The notes under the pieces: generated by a model
Seen by the model: only the letters and a program-made list of their open reading frames with translations
Database searches by the model: none
What the model was told of the DNA's origin: nothing
Assembly: GCA_951406725.2 (NCBI GenBank)
Contig: OX597818.1
Coordinates: forward strand, 6,572,001-6,636,000
Reading direction: 5' to 3'
Length of the DNA: 64,000 nucleotides
Source: Octopus vulgaris
Taxonomy: Eukaryota
Shown here: positions 27,010 through 41,841 of the stretch, in pieces
Layout of the letters: each line of letters begins with the position of its first letter
Numbering within the stretch: the first letter of the stretch is position 1
Program-made: the position numbers and the translations under genes

Positions 27010-27700
27010 ATCACATTTTAACGACCATGCCTCTATTATCTTCATTTATGTTTTTACATTTGTTTTAACTTTTTATAATAAACCAATTTACATTTAAAAG
27101 TATATTTCTCCACTGAAATATCTCTAAAAGTTTACTGACATCGAAATGCTTTAAAGCTTCTTACTGACCAAATTAAGCTGAAGTCCCATACTTTTATTTT
27201 CTGCTAGATTTTAAATATACTATGTTTACTGTTGTTTGTTCCGTTGATATTTTTGTAAATTATAGACACTATGTTGCTTCTTTTCCGTTTCGGTTCTACT
27301 TATTTCCTGACCATTTATTTTCCACCTCTACCATGAGTTTCAATTAGTACTTTAACTAGAAGACTATTTATACGTGATATTTAATCCTAGTATAATCGGC
27401 CAGTGCTAGGTATTCTAAACTGTGCCCCTATGATACTAGTTAAATTTTCTTTTTAAATATTTATAAGCATTTCAAGATTTGACAGTTTAGCTTATGATAT
27501 CGCTTTCTTTTCTTTTACTGCGCATATTGATGTACGCTTCTTTTGCTTATTCTTTTTACCCCAGTGCTGTAAGAGAGTTTTTAAAGATGGTCATCCTCCG
27601 ATAGTTGTTCTTGTATCAGATTGCTGTTATTTTCATACTGATGCGTTTTTTTTCCTGGTAGAATTCAGGTTTTTACTGAGTTATGGATCATTTATTTTAA
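27010..27700 (-). mobile_element. Highly decayed Penelope-like fragment
   Basis: Broken minus frames give NLTSIIG-H and a G-TET-KRS-I segment resembling the PLE linker and GIY-YIG region. Confidence 0.35.
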
Positions 27701-27849
27701 TGTACGTTATTATTGTATTGCGTATGTGTGTGTATGTATAGATATATATGTATATATGTGTGAGTGTCTGTATATATGTGTGCATGTATGTATGTATGTA
27801 TATATGCATGTATGTATTTTACGATATATATTGTGGTATAGTTTTAGTT

Positions 27850-28990
27850 CTCTAGATTACTTTCAAAACAAGGGGGATCGAATAATTGTAGGCACATAAC
27901 CCTCTGGAACGCAGATTATAAGATTTTGGCCAAGATATCAGCCAAGAAGTTGGCGTTTGTTGATAAGGTGGTCGGCGATGCACACAAATACGCTATCCCG
28001 AAAAGATCTATCCACGACAACCTCCATCTTACATGCTACAGCATAGAGAGTGTAGAAAAGGAAACTTGCATGGGTGGGGCCCTAATCAATTTGGATCAAT
28101 CGAAAGCCTTTGACAAGATCGACCATCAATACTTGGAGGCTGTCCTCGTAGCGACTGATTTCGGCCCCGTTTTTAGACGCTGGATCACTGCAATGTACAG
28201 TGATATCTGTTCGGTGGCCAAAATAAACAGTTACTTATCGCAGTCGTTTAGCATTGCTCATTCGGTCCGTCAAGGAAGTCCACTCTCTCCCCTTCTGTTC
28301 GCACTGGCTCTCGAACCATTACTAAGGAACTTGGATATTTCGAGGGGCATCCGTGTGATTTAGGATGGAAAAGGTTCGTGTCAGCATATGTGCACGATGT
28401 CACCGTAATAGTGTCGGACATCTCGGAATTCGAGGGGATCGGCACTACTTTAAGGAAATACAAAGCAGTGACAAGAACAAAATTTAAGCAGGACAAGTAG
28501 CTGAGCCTGCGCTCAGCAACTGGAAGGGCAGATACATGCCAACCGACAGCGTTGTGGGGTGCAGGACGGAAGATCCGCTTAAATTGTTTGGGGTCTGGTT
28601 TGGTTCGGACCTCCAGGTGGACAAGAAGTGGGAAGAGTATGAGCAGGGTAACTAATCTCACCTAGAAATTGTCAGAGAGGAAGCTGTCCCTGAAGGGTCG
28701 GGCAGAGGTGGCGAATGTGTACATCGCTTCCAACATCTACCGCCTGGCTGTCGTCTCTTTCCCTGTTTCGTGAATGATGAAGCTGGAGAACATGCTTCTC
28801 AACTTTCTGTAGAAGGGACGTGTTCCGCTCACCAAACAGTCCATCTGTTGTCAACAGCCACTGAGTGGAGGACTCGATATAACTTGGCTAATGATGTGAT
28901 GAAACGCACTGAGGCTGCAACATCTCCAATGTTTCCTTAACAGTGAGCAGGTGTGGTCGCGTTTGTCACACATGATTTTTCCTATTTGTC
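27850..28990 (+). mobile_element. Tx1/L1-like LINE RT region (pseudogenised)
   Basis: NLDQSKAFDKIDHQYL, VRQGSPLSPLLFALALEPLL; continues at ~30880. Confidence 0.8.
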
Positions 28991-28994
28991 TTTA

Positions 28995-30860
28995 GAGAGG
29001 CAGTAATAAGATGTACCTTTGATGTATGTGGACACGAGTGGTTGGAATGGGTGTGAGAAAAAGTAGTGAGTGGTAGAATGAGCAGGTAAACGACGCAGTA
29101 GTAGAGAAGAAAAAGGGTCCCTTGAAGAGTGATTGCAGAAAGGGGATGGAGAGGCTTATGATCGCTACAGAGAAGTGAAGAGGAGAGTAAAGAGAGTGGT
29201 GAGGGTGGAGAAATGGGAGGCGAGTGAAAGGTTCGGGAAAAAGTTGTGTGAAAATTTTGTAAGAAATAAAAAGATGTTTTGGAAAGTGGCACAGATGGAA
29301 AGAAAGGTGGTTTGATGAATGAAAGAAAGGGTGAAGGTTGTAAATGGAAATTCGGTGAAAGGAAATGAGGATGTACGAAGGAGAGGGGCATGGCATTTTA
29401 ATGAGCTGTTAAATAAGGAGGGTGTTAGGGAAGCAAGTATAAAGGCTTTAGGAGGTGAGAGGAGGATGACTGTTGTTGGGAAATGGTACCACGGTGCAAC
29501 TGGAAGAGAGGAGATTAAGGAATCCCTGCGGAAGATGGGAAACCAGAAGGCGCTAGGTCTAGATGGATGTACAGGGGAATGCCTAAAGAAAGCAGTGACA
29601 GTAATTGAATGGTTAGTGATGCTTATGAATGTTTGTTATATGGCTAGAAGAGTACTAAAAGACTGGTGCAGTGCCTGTATAATGCCATGGTACTAGAGGA
29701 AAAGAGATATATGTGAGTGTGGAAATTTTAGGAGTATAAGACTGTTGTGTGTGATTTGGTAAACTGTATAGGAGAGTTCTGATTGTAAAGGTGAGGAACC
29801 AGGCAGAAAGTGTACTAAGGGAGGAGCAGTGTTGTTATAGGAGTGGAAGTGGGTATACAGATCAAATGTTTGTAGTGAGATAGACGTATGAGAAATATTT
29901 GGCAAAAGGGAGAGAGGAGTATTGGGTCTTTATGGGCCTAAAGAAGCCATTTGTCCGAGTGGATAAGGATGCTATGTGGCAGGTGTTGCGGTTGCATGGG
30001 GTAGGTGTTAAATTGTTGAGAGCTGTTGTGAGGTTTTATAGAGAAAGTAGGGCATGCTTTAGGGTTGGTGGTGAAGTGAGTGGTTTGATTTGAAGGTGGG
30101 GTTAAGACAGTGTTGTGTGATGTCTCCGTGGCCGTTTGATTTATATATGGATGATGTGATGAGAGAGAAATTTCAGGTGAATCAGGAGTTGTTTGCTGAT
30201 GATATATTGCACTGGTGGCGGATTCTGAAGAGCTGCTGAGGAGACTGGTGATAGAATTTGGAAGAGTGAGTGAGAGGAAGAAACTGAAAGTGAATGTAGC
30301 TAAAAGTAAGGTGATGGGATGGTTGTGAATATAAATCGTGAGATGTTAGAGGAGATGTGTGTTTTTAAGTATCAAGGGTCACATGTGACGGCGGATGGAG
30401 GGGTTGACTGAGGGGAATATAGAGTGAGATAGGAGAGTAAGATACTTGGTGTTGTGAAAGGTATACTGAGAGATAAAAAGGTTGAACATGAAAGCGAAAA
30501 GAGGAGGGCGTTATATGGTTATATGGTGCAGGGACGTCGGGGCTGGTGGGACACGAATGGTTGGTGTGACACGAATGTACAGGATGAGGAATGAGGAAGT
30601 TCAAAGACGAGAATAAAAGAAAAACTAGAATAAAAAAATACTAGAAACCTAATAGGATATTCCTCGGAGTGTTTGGATGAAGGGAGTGAGGTAAGTTTTG
30701 ATGGTTAGAGGTGTGAAAGAGGCAAGAGATAAATGATGGGAAAGGTTTGGAGAGTGTTTGTGGATTGATGAGTGAATTTTAATGTTCTTCAGAGGGGTAC
30801 GGAACCAGTATTATGCGGTGAGGTATAATACGGCAGGGGTGAATTAACTGATTTTTGGAG
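28995..30860 (+). mobile_element. Decayed RTE-type LINE nested in the Tx1-like element
   Basis: HFNELLN, KALGLDG, DWCSACIMPW, ECGNFRSIRLL, LFADD motifs. Confidence 0.75.
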
Positions 30861-30879
30861 GACATTCGAACCGGAACCT

Positions 30880-31620
30880 ATGGATAACTTTCAGAAATCC
30901 CTAGCCTGGCAGTGCTACCTGGGAGCTATGCCCGTTCGAGACAAGCTTTACAGACAAAGAACTGCTGTCAGACGGACCTGTCAGAGGTATGCGCAGAGCG
31001 ACTAAACCGTCCTGCATGCACTCGTCCATCACATTACAGACTTGTGGAGCTTTGTCGAAGAGCTGTTTTCGCATGTAGGACAGATTCGACTATCAGTCGA
31101 GTCCATCGTGGGCAACGCCCCCGCCGCCATCCTTAACCGAGAAGGAACGGAAATTTTCTTCTGTCTAGTGGCTAAAGGGAAGAAGGCAACGTAGTGAACG
31201 AGATTGAAAGGACTGAAGACAGATACTTTGCTCTTTGCCAAGTTCTTATCAAGCTTTTCCAGTTCCACCTGACAAGGAAAGTGACGGTAGAGAGGGAAGT
31301 TCTTCCCCCCAGTAAATGTGTTGAAAGGTGGGTGAATGTATTAATGGGCCTACTCTGAACATTCGTTTGTATACCTTAGGAGCTTGAGGAGTGAGGCGCC
31401 TGTTGAGGTGAATCTAGCGGTCAGGATAAAAAGAATCTGTGGCATTCCTCGGTTGTTCCTGTGAGGAACACCCAACTTTTGGAGAATTTTAATTGTATAA
31501 TTGTTTTGTTAATTGTTTTTCTTACTTATCGTATACACGGCGTTGTTCGACACCCCACTTGTCCCTTGTATCGTATCGTCCCTATTTTTTTGTGTTTGGC
31601 CCCTGTGGCCAATAAAAGAA
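30880..31620 (+). mobile_element. 3' part of the Tx1/L1-like LINE
   Basis: C-terminal zinc-knuckle-like remnant; ends GCCAATAAAAGAA; similar to 7965-8520. Confidence 0.6.
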
Positions 31621-31666
31621 GTTATTATTATTATTATTATTATTATAATTATTATTATTATTATTA

Positions 31667-31732
<66 letters not shown>

Positions 31733-31759
31733 GAAAATTCACAGCTTATTTTGTTTGTT

Positions 31760-32760
31760 ATGATGGAAAGTGTGAGCTGCCCACAGCCAGCAGATTAAGG
31801 TGACATTTGTTTACTGGTCATGTTTCAAGAATTCTGCGAAGAATTCTCTCAGTTCCAAGCAATGCTGATTTTTGTAAAGTCTTCTACCTTCACACTTCTT
31901 CCGATTTTTTTCAAGCATGTTTGTAGCTGAGTGTTGATACTTCCAAATGCACCAATTACTATTGGTATCAACTATACTCTCTTCATTCACCACAACCTTC
32001 GTATTTCCCACTTAAAATATTCATAGTTGTTTATTTTGCCTTCCTCTTTTACAGTGATCCTTTGTCACCGAGGCATTCTATGTCGATTATTATGTTCTTT
32101 CGTTTTTATCCACCACAACAATGTCCGGTTTTCGATGTCTTTTCTGGTGATCGCACTGGATCATTGCATCCCACAGGATTTGGTAATTCTCATTTCAGTG
32201 ACTCTTTCTGGAGTTTTCTCATACCACGCCTTTGCTCATTGTAGGTCGTAATTTCCGCAGACCTTCCAATGGATCATTCTTGTCCCATTGTCATGGCTCT
32301 TTTATATTCGCGTTGTGCCCATTCCGGGCATTCTCTAACGTTGTGCTATAACGTTTTACCCGTCTCATCACACATTCTGCATTTGTCACTATCGGTAGTG
32401 TTGTCTATTCTGCACTTCATATAGTTGGTTCTTAACGCTTGTTCGTGAGAGGCGCATATTAGTGCTTCTGTCTCTATCTTTAGGTCACTCCTCATCAACC
32501 ATAGCTGCCGGTCCAACGTTTCTGTTTTGGCGTTCACATCTCTTGCAAACTGACCGTACATTTTCATTTTTTCCCAATGATTTTCTTGTTTTTTTATTCA
32601 TTTCTTGTTTAAATTTTTCTTTAGTTACACAATTTGTAATTTTGATGATGCCGGTCTTCTTCGTCAATTTCAACAGTGGCTCCACGGCATTTTTATATAT
32701 CCCCCTCGACTGTTTACCTCTGCTTCGATACAGCCCTTGCAACTTATCAAACCCCGTCAC
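31760..32760 (-). mobile_element. R4/Dong-clade LINE 3' fragment
   Basis: MYGQF…LKIETEALICASHEQALRTNY…KCRMC; adjacent (TTA)n at 31621-31730 is the (TAA)n tail on the minus strand. Confidence 0.85.
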
Positions 32761-32787
32761 TCTTTCTTCTGGACACACATATGTATA

Positions 32788-32847
<60 letters not shown>

Positions 32848-33026
32848 CTATATATATATACATATAAATATACATATATACATATATCTACACATACACA
32901 CACATATATATTTCTAATATAGGATAAAGTTTTTTCCAAAATAAATTCCATCAAACTGGCCAGCATATTAAAATACTTTTAAAGGTGAAAATTATAATAT
33001 TCATTATAATAATTGTTAATAATAGC

Positions 33027-33074
<48 letters not shown>

Positions 33075-33642
33075 ATGTGTATTAGTGTGTGTGTGTGTGC
33101 GTGTGTGTGTGTATAAAACCAACTTTGCATATATTCCACTACTTTAACTCATGAGTTTATAAATTCATAATAGAAATAATATTAATTTACCCTCCCCAAA
33201 TGTTTACCATAAAAAAAGTGTACGTCCCAAAATCAATGCAATTACCTCCTCTGTTTCGAATAATAACAATCACCAAATACCTCCCCCAGCACTATTTTTT
33301 TTATATGTAAGTGTATTTACAAACTCTCATGCATGCAACTTGGACTAAAATCTCTTGAAGAAAATACAAAATTGTAATATTTTCACGAATTTCAGAGTCA
33401 TGATAAGTGAAACGCGAAATCACTAGGCTATCAAATTATTTTATCCTTTAAAATATATTCAAAATATATAAAATATATGCATTTTCCTTCTTTTTTTATG
33501 TACTTTTCACTGCACATCATCCCGTGCGGAAAATTAGCATCTGTGCTGGCGTATGTTAGCGTGTACATATGCATATCTTCGATTATATGCAAAAATATTT
33601 GTGGTTTATGTGTCTGTAAATTCTTGTTTGCGTATGTATGTG

Positions 33643-33703
<61 letters not shown>

Positions 33704-34881
33704 CGTGTGTGAGAGAGAGAGAGTACTGCTATATCCTGACTAGATTTTACCCTTATGTGTGTGTGTGTGTGTGTGTATAGCCATTATTTTATAAAGGCAG
33801 TATATATTTGTTGAGCTCTTAATAGCTTCATACTACAATATTTTATAAGACGTTCGGTGGATTTATGCAGTCCTCGGGCTCTAGGCGTGTTATAAAATGC
33901 TGCCTGAGTTGCTTTTATCGCATGAAACTATTAATAGCTAATGAAAATATATACTGTGCTAATTAAATAATATTTCTCTGTCACGGGGTAGTGTATTTTG
34001 TTTGTTGATCATACATATCTTCACGGAACAGTGTGCTATACATATATATATATATATATATGTACGTATATATGTATATATATATATGTATGTATATATG
34101 TATTTATGCATGTATGTATATATATATATAAAGTTATTAATGGATGGTAAGTGGGACATATAATAAGATACACTCGTATCGACACCATTTTCCTGCTAAA
34201 TAGTGCCCAACTATGATAATATAGGAAAACTATGCATATTCGCATGCGCACATACACACATACATATTTATATATGCATACACATACCCAGATATACACA
34301 TATGTGTTTATATGCATCTATATAATAATCTGCTTGTTCCTTCCACCGTTGTACATTAGCTATAGAGGGACAGGAGTAAGATTGAGAAAGAGAGAAAGAG
34401 GGTGGCGTGAAGAAAGAAGATAGGAAAAAGTAGAGAAAGGTGATTGGTATTAATATACTTAGGTCAATTGCGTCACGTGCTCAGGTGATTGTAGAATCAA
34501 ATAACGAGAGAAAAAGACGGCGAGTGAAAAAGAGGGAGAGAGAAGTGCTAACGACGTGCAGTGGAATGGAGAAGGGAAAGGTAGCGAGAGATGCACAGGG
34601 GAGGCAGATATATTGAGTAAGAGAGAGAGAGAGTGGCAAATAACGATGGTGGTGGTGGTGGTGGTGGTAGTGATTATGGTCGTACATGGTTCAGAGAGGA
34701 ACAGTGAGTAGACTTTATAAAACGAGAAAAAGACAACACTGACGGTAACACGAGGAAATGAATGTAGACGAATGTCAAGAATATTTTGTGAAAGCTAAAC
34801 TATGAATGATATAAAAATGCAATTCACCGTTGCTTTCTGAAATAGGTTCTCTTCATGTTTCCATTCCTTAGAATTTCCACG

Positions 34882-34962
<81 letters not shown>

Positions 34963-35149
34963 GGTTTGGAGATGATGTACAGGTATTTTATATTAGAAGA
35001 AATGAGGTACTCAGAAATTCGGATGGTATAATATTTACAGATATTTATTTGTATATTACATGTTTTTATACATCATATAACTGATATCATATATCAGCGC
35101 TTTCGTCCATTCTGGTTGATTTTTCAAATTGAACTAAGTTCCTGTGGAA

Positions 35150-35585
35150 AACTTGACCATTTTATAGTGTAATTGAGTGTGTAGTGGTGGGGAGGGATAT
35201 AAGATAGTACACGAGGGTGATAAATAGGGAGAAAGTGAGAGAGAGAGAGAGAGCATTGTGTGTGTGCGTGTGTATGTGTGTTTTTGTATCTGAAAGTGGT
35301 GTTAGACAAAAAGAGGGGAAATAACAAAATGGAGAGAGGGAAGAAAAAAAATTGTTTTGCTGGTTTCTGTTGTAGTTGGTCAGGATGTTTACTCCAAGGG
35401 GGATCTAGGATCTTGGGGAAAAAATTTGACCATTTTATAGTGTTATTGAGTGTGTAGTGGTGGGGAGGGATATAAGATAGTACAAGAGGGTGATGAATGG
35501 GGAGAAAGTGAGAGAGAGCATGTGTGTGTGTGCGTGTGTGTGTGTTTTTGTATCTTAAAGTAGTGTTAGAGAAAAAGAAGGGAAG
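35150..35585. repeat. Diverged direct duplication (~270-bp period)
   Basis: TTGACCATTTTATAGTG…GTGTAGTGGTGGGGAGGGATATAAGATAGTAC occurs at ~35153 and ~35426. Confidence 0.8.
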
Positions 35586-36426
35586 GAAGAAAAGGAAGAG
35601 AAAGAAGACCATAAATTATATTTCTTTTTTATCATTGTCTTGTGTGAGAGAGAGAGAGAGAGAGTGTGTGTGTGTGTGTGTGTTTATGTGCGCGCGTGTG
35701 TGGTGCGCGTGTTTGTGTCTTTGTATCTGAAATAAATGTTAAGGAGGAATGGTCAAGTTGTTAAAAGTAATCAGTGCCACTATTGTTTTTATTTTTTTGG
35801 AATTATAAATGGATTTTGGTTTTCAGAAATCGGCCATTTCAAAAAAGTATTGTCTGGATTTATTTTTATTATTGTTTCGTGAAGATGTGTGTGTGTGTGT
35901 GTGTGTGTGCGTGTGCGTGTGTGGGTGACTGTGAATCTGGAAGGGGTGTCGTTGGAGAAGGGAAGAAAGAAGAAAAAGAGCAAGAAGAAATAATTGGGTA
36001 TATATCTATACCACTATTCAGTTCTTTCAATCCAATGTTTGATTCCTGTGCTTACATGGGGTGGAAAATCTAGATTACAAAAGCAGGTTTGTTTTATTCA
36101 CATTTTAAAAGTCAATTTTCTTTGGTGATCAACAAGAATGAAGAGTAATATACAGTGTACTAAATGCTACACTATGTTTGTTAAATTATAAATTGAAAGA
36201 TTTGTCCCTCAATGTATGATGAGCAAAACTTCATAAGGTCCATACTTGTTGAAGTTACAGATGACAGAATACAAACTGACAACCACTGACTCTGTTGTCT
36301 GATCATCAATTGATTTAGTGTAATATCTCACTGATTGACAGCTAAATGAATATTAAGTTTTATCATACAGAAGCAACTGATTCCACAAATTAAAGTAAAA
36401 CGGTTTCATTCAAATATTATAATATC

Positions 36427-36500
<74 letters not shown>

Positions 36501-36792
36501 TATATATATGTATATATGAGAATTTTGTATGGATGTATGTAATGTATATTTCACTAAATGACAGTTGATGGACACTGACTGGAAAATGGCGCTGGTATGA
36601 GTGTGTCTTATGGTCTGTCCTTCTTACTATCCATTAATGACTTAGGATAGAATAGTTTTTTTGATAGGTTTATGATCGTTGGTCGTATAAGATTTACCTT
36701 ATCATTGTATAGTCACTCTCTGGGATAAGTGAGTAAACACATAACTTTTATGAACCAAATCGTGAATGTTACATATCAGAATTAATTTTTAA

Positions 36793-36872
36793 TTCACCTG
36801 GCGATAACGCTTTCTTCAAGATGTAATTGATTTTTTCATCAATTAAAATGTGTCAGAAACAGCTGCAGTGAA
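36793..36872 (+). ncRNA. Decayed type I HHR
   Basis: TTCAC-CTGGCGA-TAACGC…GTGTCA-GAAA-CAGCTG-CA-GTGAA; perfect stem I; core A6>G and site GUA>GCA. Confidence 0.6.
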
Positions 36873-37133
36873 CTTCAAACCATTTGAGTTTTTACTAATA
36901 TTACACCATACCTGAAATCTTCAATACGTTGGATCTCGAACTTACAGTGGACTACTTTCACATACATATCTATATTGATGAGTATATGTGCTATGTGTAT
37001 GTAAAAGAGAAGACAAGTCCGTATATACATGCATGATGACGATATATACCCTTAATGCAAGGATATTATATTCTCGACCTTAACTTAATAATTATCAAAA
37101 TACCTTGAGTGTATTAGATGCTGCAATTAATCA

Positions 37134-37232
<99 letters not shown>

Positions 37233-37282
37233 TATTTTATCTAGTTTCAGCTCACGAGCTGTGGCCATGCTGGGGCGCCGAC

Positions 37283-37592
37283 CAATGCCTTGTAAGTGGA
37301 TTTGGTAGACGGAAACTGAAAATCCCTGTCGTATATATGTATATGTATATATATATATGAGTGTGTGTGTGTGTGTGTATGTGTTTGTGTGTCTGTGTTT
37401 GTCCCCCTAGCATTGCTTGACAACCGATGCTGGTGTGTTTATGTCCCCGTCGCCTAGCGGTTCGGCAAAAGAGACCGATAGAATAAGTACTGGGCTTACA
37501 AAGAATAAGTCCCGGGGTCGATTTGCTCGACTAAATGCGGTGTTCCAGCATGGCCGCTGTCAAATGACTGAAACAAGTAAAAGAGTAAAAGA
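37283..37592 (+). mobile_element. SINE (5'-truncated) flanked by inverted SINE-tail-like pieces
   Basis: Same family as 26546-26881; CTAGTTTCAGCTCA-GAGCTGTGGCCAT at ~37241 is inverted at ~37634-37662. Confidence 0.75.
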
Positions 37593-38118
37593 GTATATAT
37601 ATACATACAAACATACATACATACATATATATATATGGCCACAGCTCATGAGCTGAAACTAGAATCAATCAATCAATCAATCAATCATATATATATATAC
37701 ACACACAAACACAAACACACACATATACAAATTGAGGGTAAGGAACAAGTAAAATGTACGCTACATATGTTTTTTAACTAAAGCTCATGATGTAATTGCT
37801 ATGCAATAAACTCTAGTCAACGCAGCTAATCATTAGGATGAGATTACTTTCATGACGATTAGATTGTCTGAAGAAATTTGAATTATCTTTCGGAGTTTTG
37901 GCAACATTAGTTGCTTACAGGGAACGATATAGAAGCGATCAGCTTCTCCAATTTCTTCGCAACTTCTATAATAGAAAACGTGTAACTCTCAATGTGCAGC
38001 TATTATTATTGTATCTAATTGTGTACTGCCCACTTTTTGTTCTTTGTACCTGCCTCTTATTCCATGGAGCAAAAAACTCCCTGCACTCGGACGCTCGGAA
38101 GCACGGATTATATATATA

Positions 38119-38968
38119 TTGGGTCATAACATAAATAATGGTCTTTATTACACTTGAACTAGATATTGGAAGGGGACGGGATAAACTACCTGTATCAACT
38201 TCCTATAAAAGCAGTCCTGGAAGATTAGTAGAGCTGGATGAGGACATCCTGCAAACCTCTGTGGAACAAATTCTCATTGTAACTATTGAGGAACTAGCAG
38301 AAAAGCTTGGATTTGATAATTCAACCATTCATCGACACCTGCGTGCCATCGGAAAAGTCAGCAATTGGATCACAAACCTTCCGCGTCTAATCACGCACAG
38401 AAAGTGAATGTGAGCCCTTCTGTCACGTTTCACGAATGAATATGTTTGGATCGAATAGTGACTGGGGACAAGAAAGTGTTCTCTGTAAAAATGTCAAGCG
38501 CCATAGAGAGAGGGTAGGGAAAGGAGAAACACCGGCACCCCAGACTAGTAACGGTCTTCACCCACGTAAGGTGTTGTTACCTCTTTGATGAGATATGAAC
38601 GATTTTGACCACTTTGAACTTTTAAATCCAAATCAAAGGATAACAAAGATATATTGTGAGCAGCTTGAGCGGCTTAACTCAGCGCTAGAAGAAAAGCAAT
38701 CATCTTCGGTTTCAAGATAAAAAAGTGTTCTTCGATCAGGATAATGATGGACCATATACAGTGAGGATGACATTCAAAAGGCTGGACCTTGCCCCATCTG
38801 ATTATAATTTATTCCACAGTTTTCAAAATCATTCGGACGGAAAAAATAGGAATTCTGTAGACGAGGTCAAAACTGTACTGGAGCATATATTAGATTTAAA
38901 AAAGAACTTTGTGTTAACTTTGAAAGTTAAAAGAAGTATTTAAAAAACCGCATTATTAATGGGATGAC

Positions 38969-38970
<2 letters not shown>
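38119..38970 (+). mobile_element. Internally deleted mariner (same family as 22326-23584)
   Basis: Matching TIRs; STIHRHLRAIGKV, IVTGD, DLAPSDY. Confidence 0.85.
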
Positions 38971-39049
<79 letters not shown>

Positions 39050-39199
39050 GCGCGTGCGTGTGTGTGTATGTGTTAGCTTCGAAACAAAGTTTTGTCTCGA
39101 ACATAGTTAAGAAGCAAATGCTTCTTTGACCTTTATGTATCAACTCAATGTTATTTCCCCTCATTATTGATTACGTAATCCAGTTGCCAAATGATTGAC

Positions 39200-39420
39200 C
39201 CCTCGAGCGTAACTTCCACCAGGTTTCAGTGATAAGAAACACTTAACATCTTCATAAACTCTTCATATTTAATTATCCGTTTTCTCTCAAAATAAACTTG
39301 TAATGATCCGAAGAAATGGTAGACAGATGGAGCAAAGGCATAAGGGGATGACTTTAATCCTCCATGCTTAAAACCATGATCTTTTGCTGAGAGACTTGGT
39401 CGATATATGGTCTTGAAGTA
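39200..39420 (-). mobile_element. Mariner transposase C-terminal remnant
   Basis: SPYAFAPSVYHFFGSLQ resembles YSPDLAPSDYHLF-SLQ. Confidence 0.45.
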
Positions 39421-41810
39421 TGAGATACACGTTACTATCAGAGTCCAGTAATAAGATAATTCCTTCCAAAGTTTTATGCAATACTTCCAACTGACCACAA
39501 TACAAGTCCCCATTCACTGTTTTGTGTTAGATTAACACTATGCTAGACGCCGCCTTTCATATGCCAAGCACAGAGCAAAAATTTGTGTGGGGCTATGTAT
39601 TCCTGGTTTAGAGATGGATTCTTCTTTTTCATTGTTTGCAAAGCAATGTCGTTGCCTTTGGATATACGTATAGAGAGCACTCTACTCTTCAATTACAAAT
39701 AGAGGGCAAATCTTTGACTAAACCAAGTAGCAGTCAAGTGATGCATGGCTCACTGACTAAGTTTAGACACTACTCTTAGTTCATGAAGTTATTTTATAAT
39801 CGAAGTGTCGCATGAATAGAAATATGTTGCTAATTCTTGTACAGTATGCCTTGAATTTTTCCCGAATAGCGTTTTCTGAAACCCAGTATAGACAGAGAGT
39901 GTTCTTCCAGGTGGAGGGGTATATGCAACAAATATATTTTCCGAGTGAAAATTACCAGACCGTCATTGTCATATCCGGGCATTTAAAGCTTCATTTCTTA
40001 CTGCTTATATTGCTGAAGAGCCTGTTTGACATTGTTACAGTTGCAGTGTCTGATATGAGTTCTATTTAAACTCATACATTTTAAAAGTAAAAATGATGTA
40101 ATTTGAACCCTATGGCATACAGTATGTAATATGTAAATATACATGAAAACTTAAAGAAAGAATGTTAAAAATGAATGCTTCTCTTATCATATGTATAAAA
40201 AAAGAACCCTTAAAGTAAGTAGCACATGACTTTACATGTATATATATGAGTATAAGTGTGTGTGTGTGTGTGTGTGTTTGTGTGCGTGCGTGTGTTGACG
40301 TATGCAGGTATGAACGTATATGCATGCGTGTTTATTATGTGTTTAATGTGAATACGCGTATAACACCTTTGTCAGATATCAAACTTAAAAGCAAATATAA
40401 TTTATGTGACACTTAACATTCCTGAATGTATTAAAGGAAATATAGTTATAAATTTGAGAATATCAAAATTGTGGATCAGCTGTACTTGTGTGATTCTTAT
40501 AAAATGTTGGCGTAATATGAACTCTGTGCTGCAAGTTTATCCGATCGCCATAAATCACTATAGATACATTTGTTTAGTCGTCAATATTGAAGCATATCTT
40601 GGTGCCCGCTCTTCAGTAGAAACTGAAATTTATTTTGTTTTTCTGTAGTCCTGATAAGAATTGTATTACTGCATCATTATCAAGTAATATATCGAGAAAA
40701 ATATTTGTTACCTCACTTAAAGGAAACTGCATTTAGTTAGCACCGATCCGTTTGCCGTGGAAAGGTGATTTCAGCTATTGAGTAGCACCTATTCGTATGC
40801 AAATTCAAATAAAATAAATATATCAGAATTACAATAATATCAGGGAAGATTATCAGCATGATGTAGCAGTTTATGAGACTAAATTGCTTCATCCGATCAT
40901 AGATTAGAGGATAGAAATGCGATTTAGATAAAGATTAAAAAATGGCTGTATTTTAATGATATTTGATACAATTGAATGTATAGATAAGAAAGCTGGTAAT
41001 AAATTTCGCTATCAATCGAATGTTAGCAATTTTACAATCGTTGTGCACTTCAATTAGCTATTATTGGACACGCATAAATCTTGGAATTAATGGCGATAGA
41101 TTGCCGTAGAAGCTCAAAACCTAACTCTCCTAGAGTCGATAATGAAACACATTTCTATTTATGTATATTTATATATTTTTATTATAATTCTAAAGATTAC
41201 AGATAAAAAAATCGCTGCATCATGTAGAGAAAATTGAAGAAGGCTACAGGCAATGATTAGTAATAAATTGGAATTTTAATGCTTTTTTATGTAGAAAAAT
41301 GAAAAAAGTAATAGTAAATATTCTAATGGTTTTGAAGCTTCGAGTCCAACTGTTTGGAAAGGAGAACTGCGATTACGGTGATTTTAATTGAAATTATAAT
41401 GAATTGTCAGTATCTACGTAAAAAATATTATCAAATACGCGTAAATCTAGTTCAACAACTAAGAATATCTGAAGACATTTACGTAGTCTACCTTTTTAAT
41501 TATGTTTTGACTCATCGACACAACTTCAATTACCTAATGTATACTAGTGTGTGTGTGCTTGCGTGTGAGTGTGAGTCCGTGGTTGTTTGTTTGTGTGTGA
41601 GTGTGTGTGTGTAGGTGTGTGCTTGTTTATGTGTGCGTACGTGTATGTTCACGTGTTTGTCGCGCGAGCGCAGACGTTTAACGAAAAAATGATTTGAATA
41701 TTATAATTTCTGGCTAGGAACACGTTAGAAATATAAATTGAATCTGTGAAAAATTTAGGATGTGTCGGGAAAAGAGGACGCACTCTTCTAAAATAGACTT
41801 CATGTTTAGA

Positions 41811-41841
<31 letters not shown>

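Noticed and set aside
35090-35135. Minus-strand TTGAAAA…GGAC-GAAA-GCGCT HHR-like motif next to (TA)n
   Set aside because: Cleavage triplet and stems are too degraded to call
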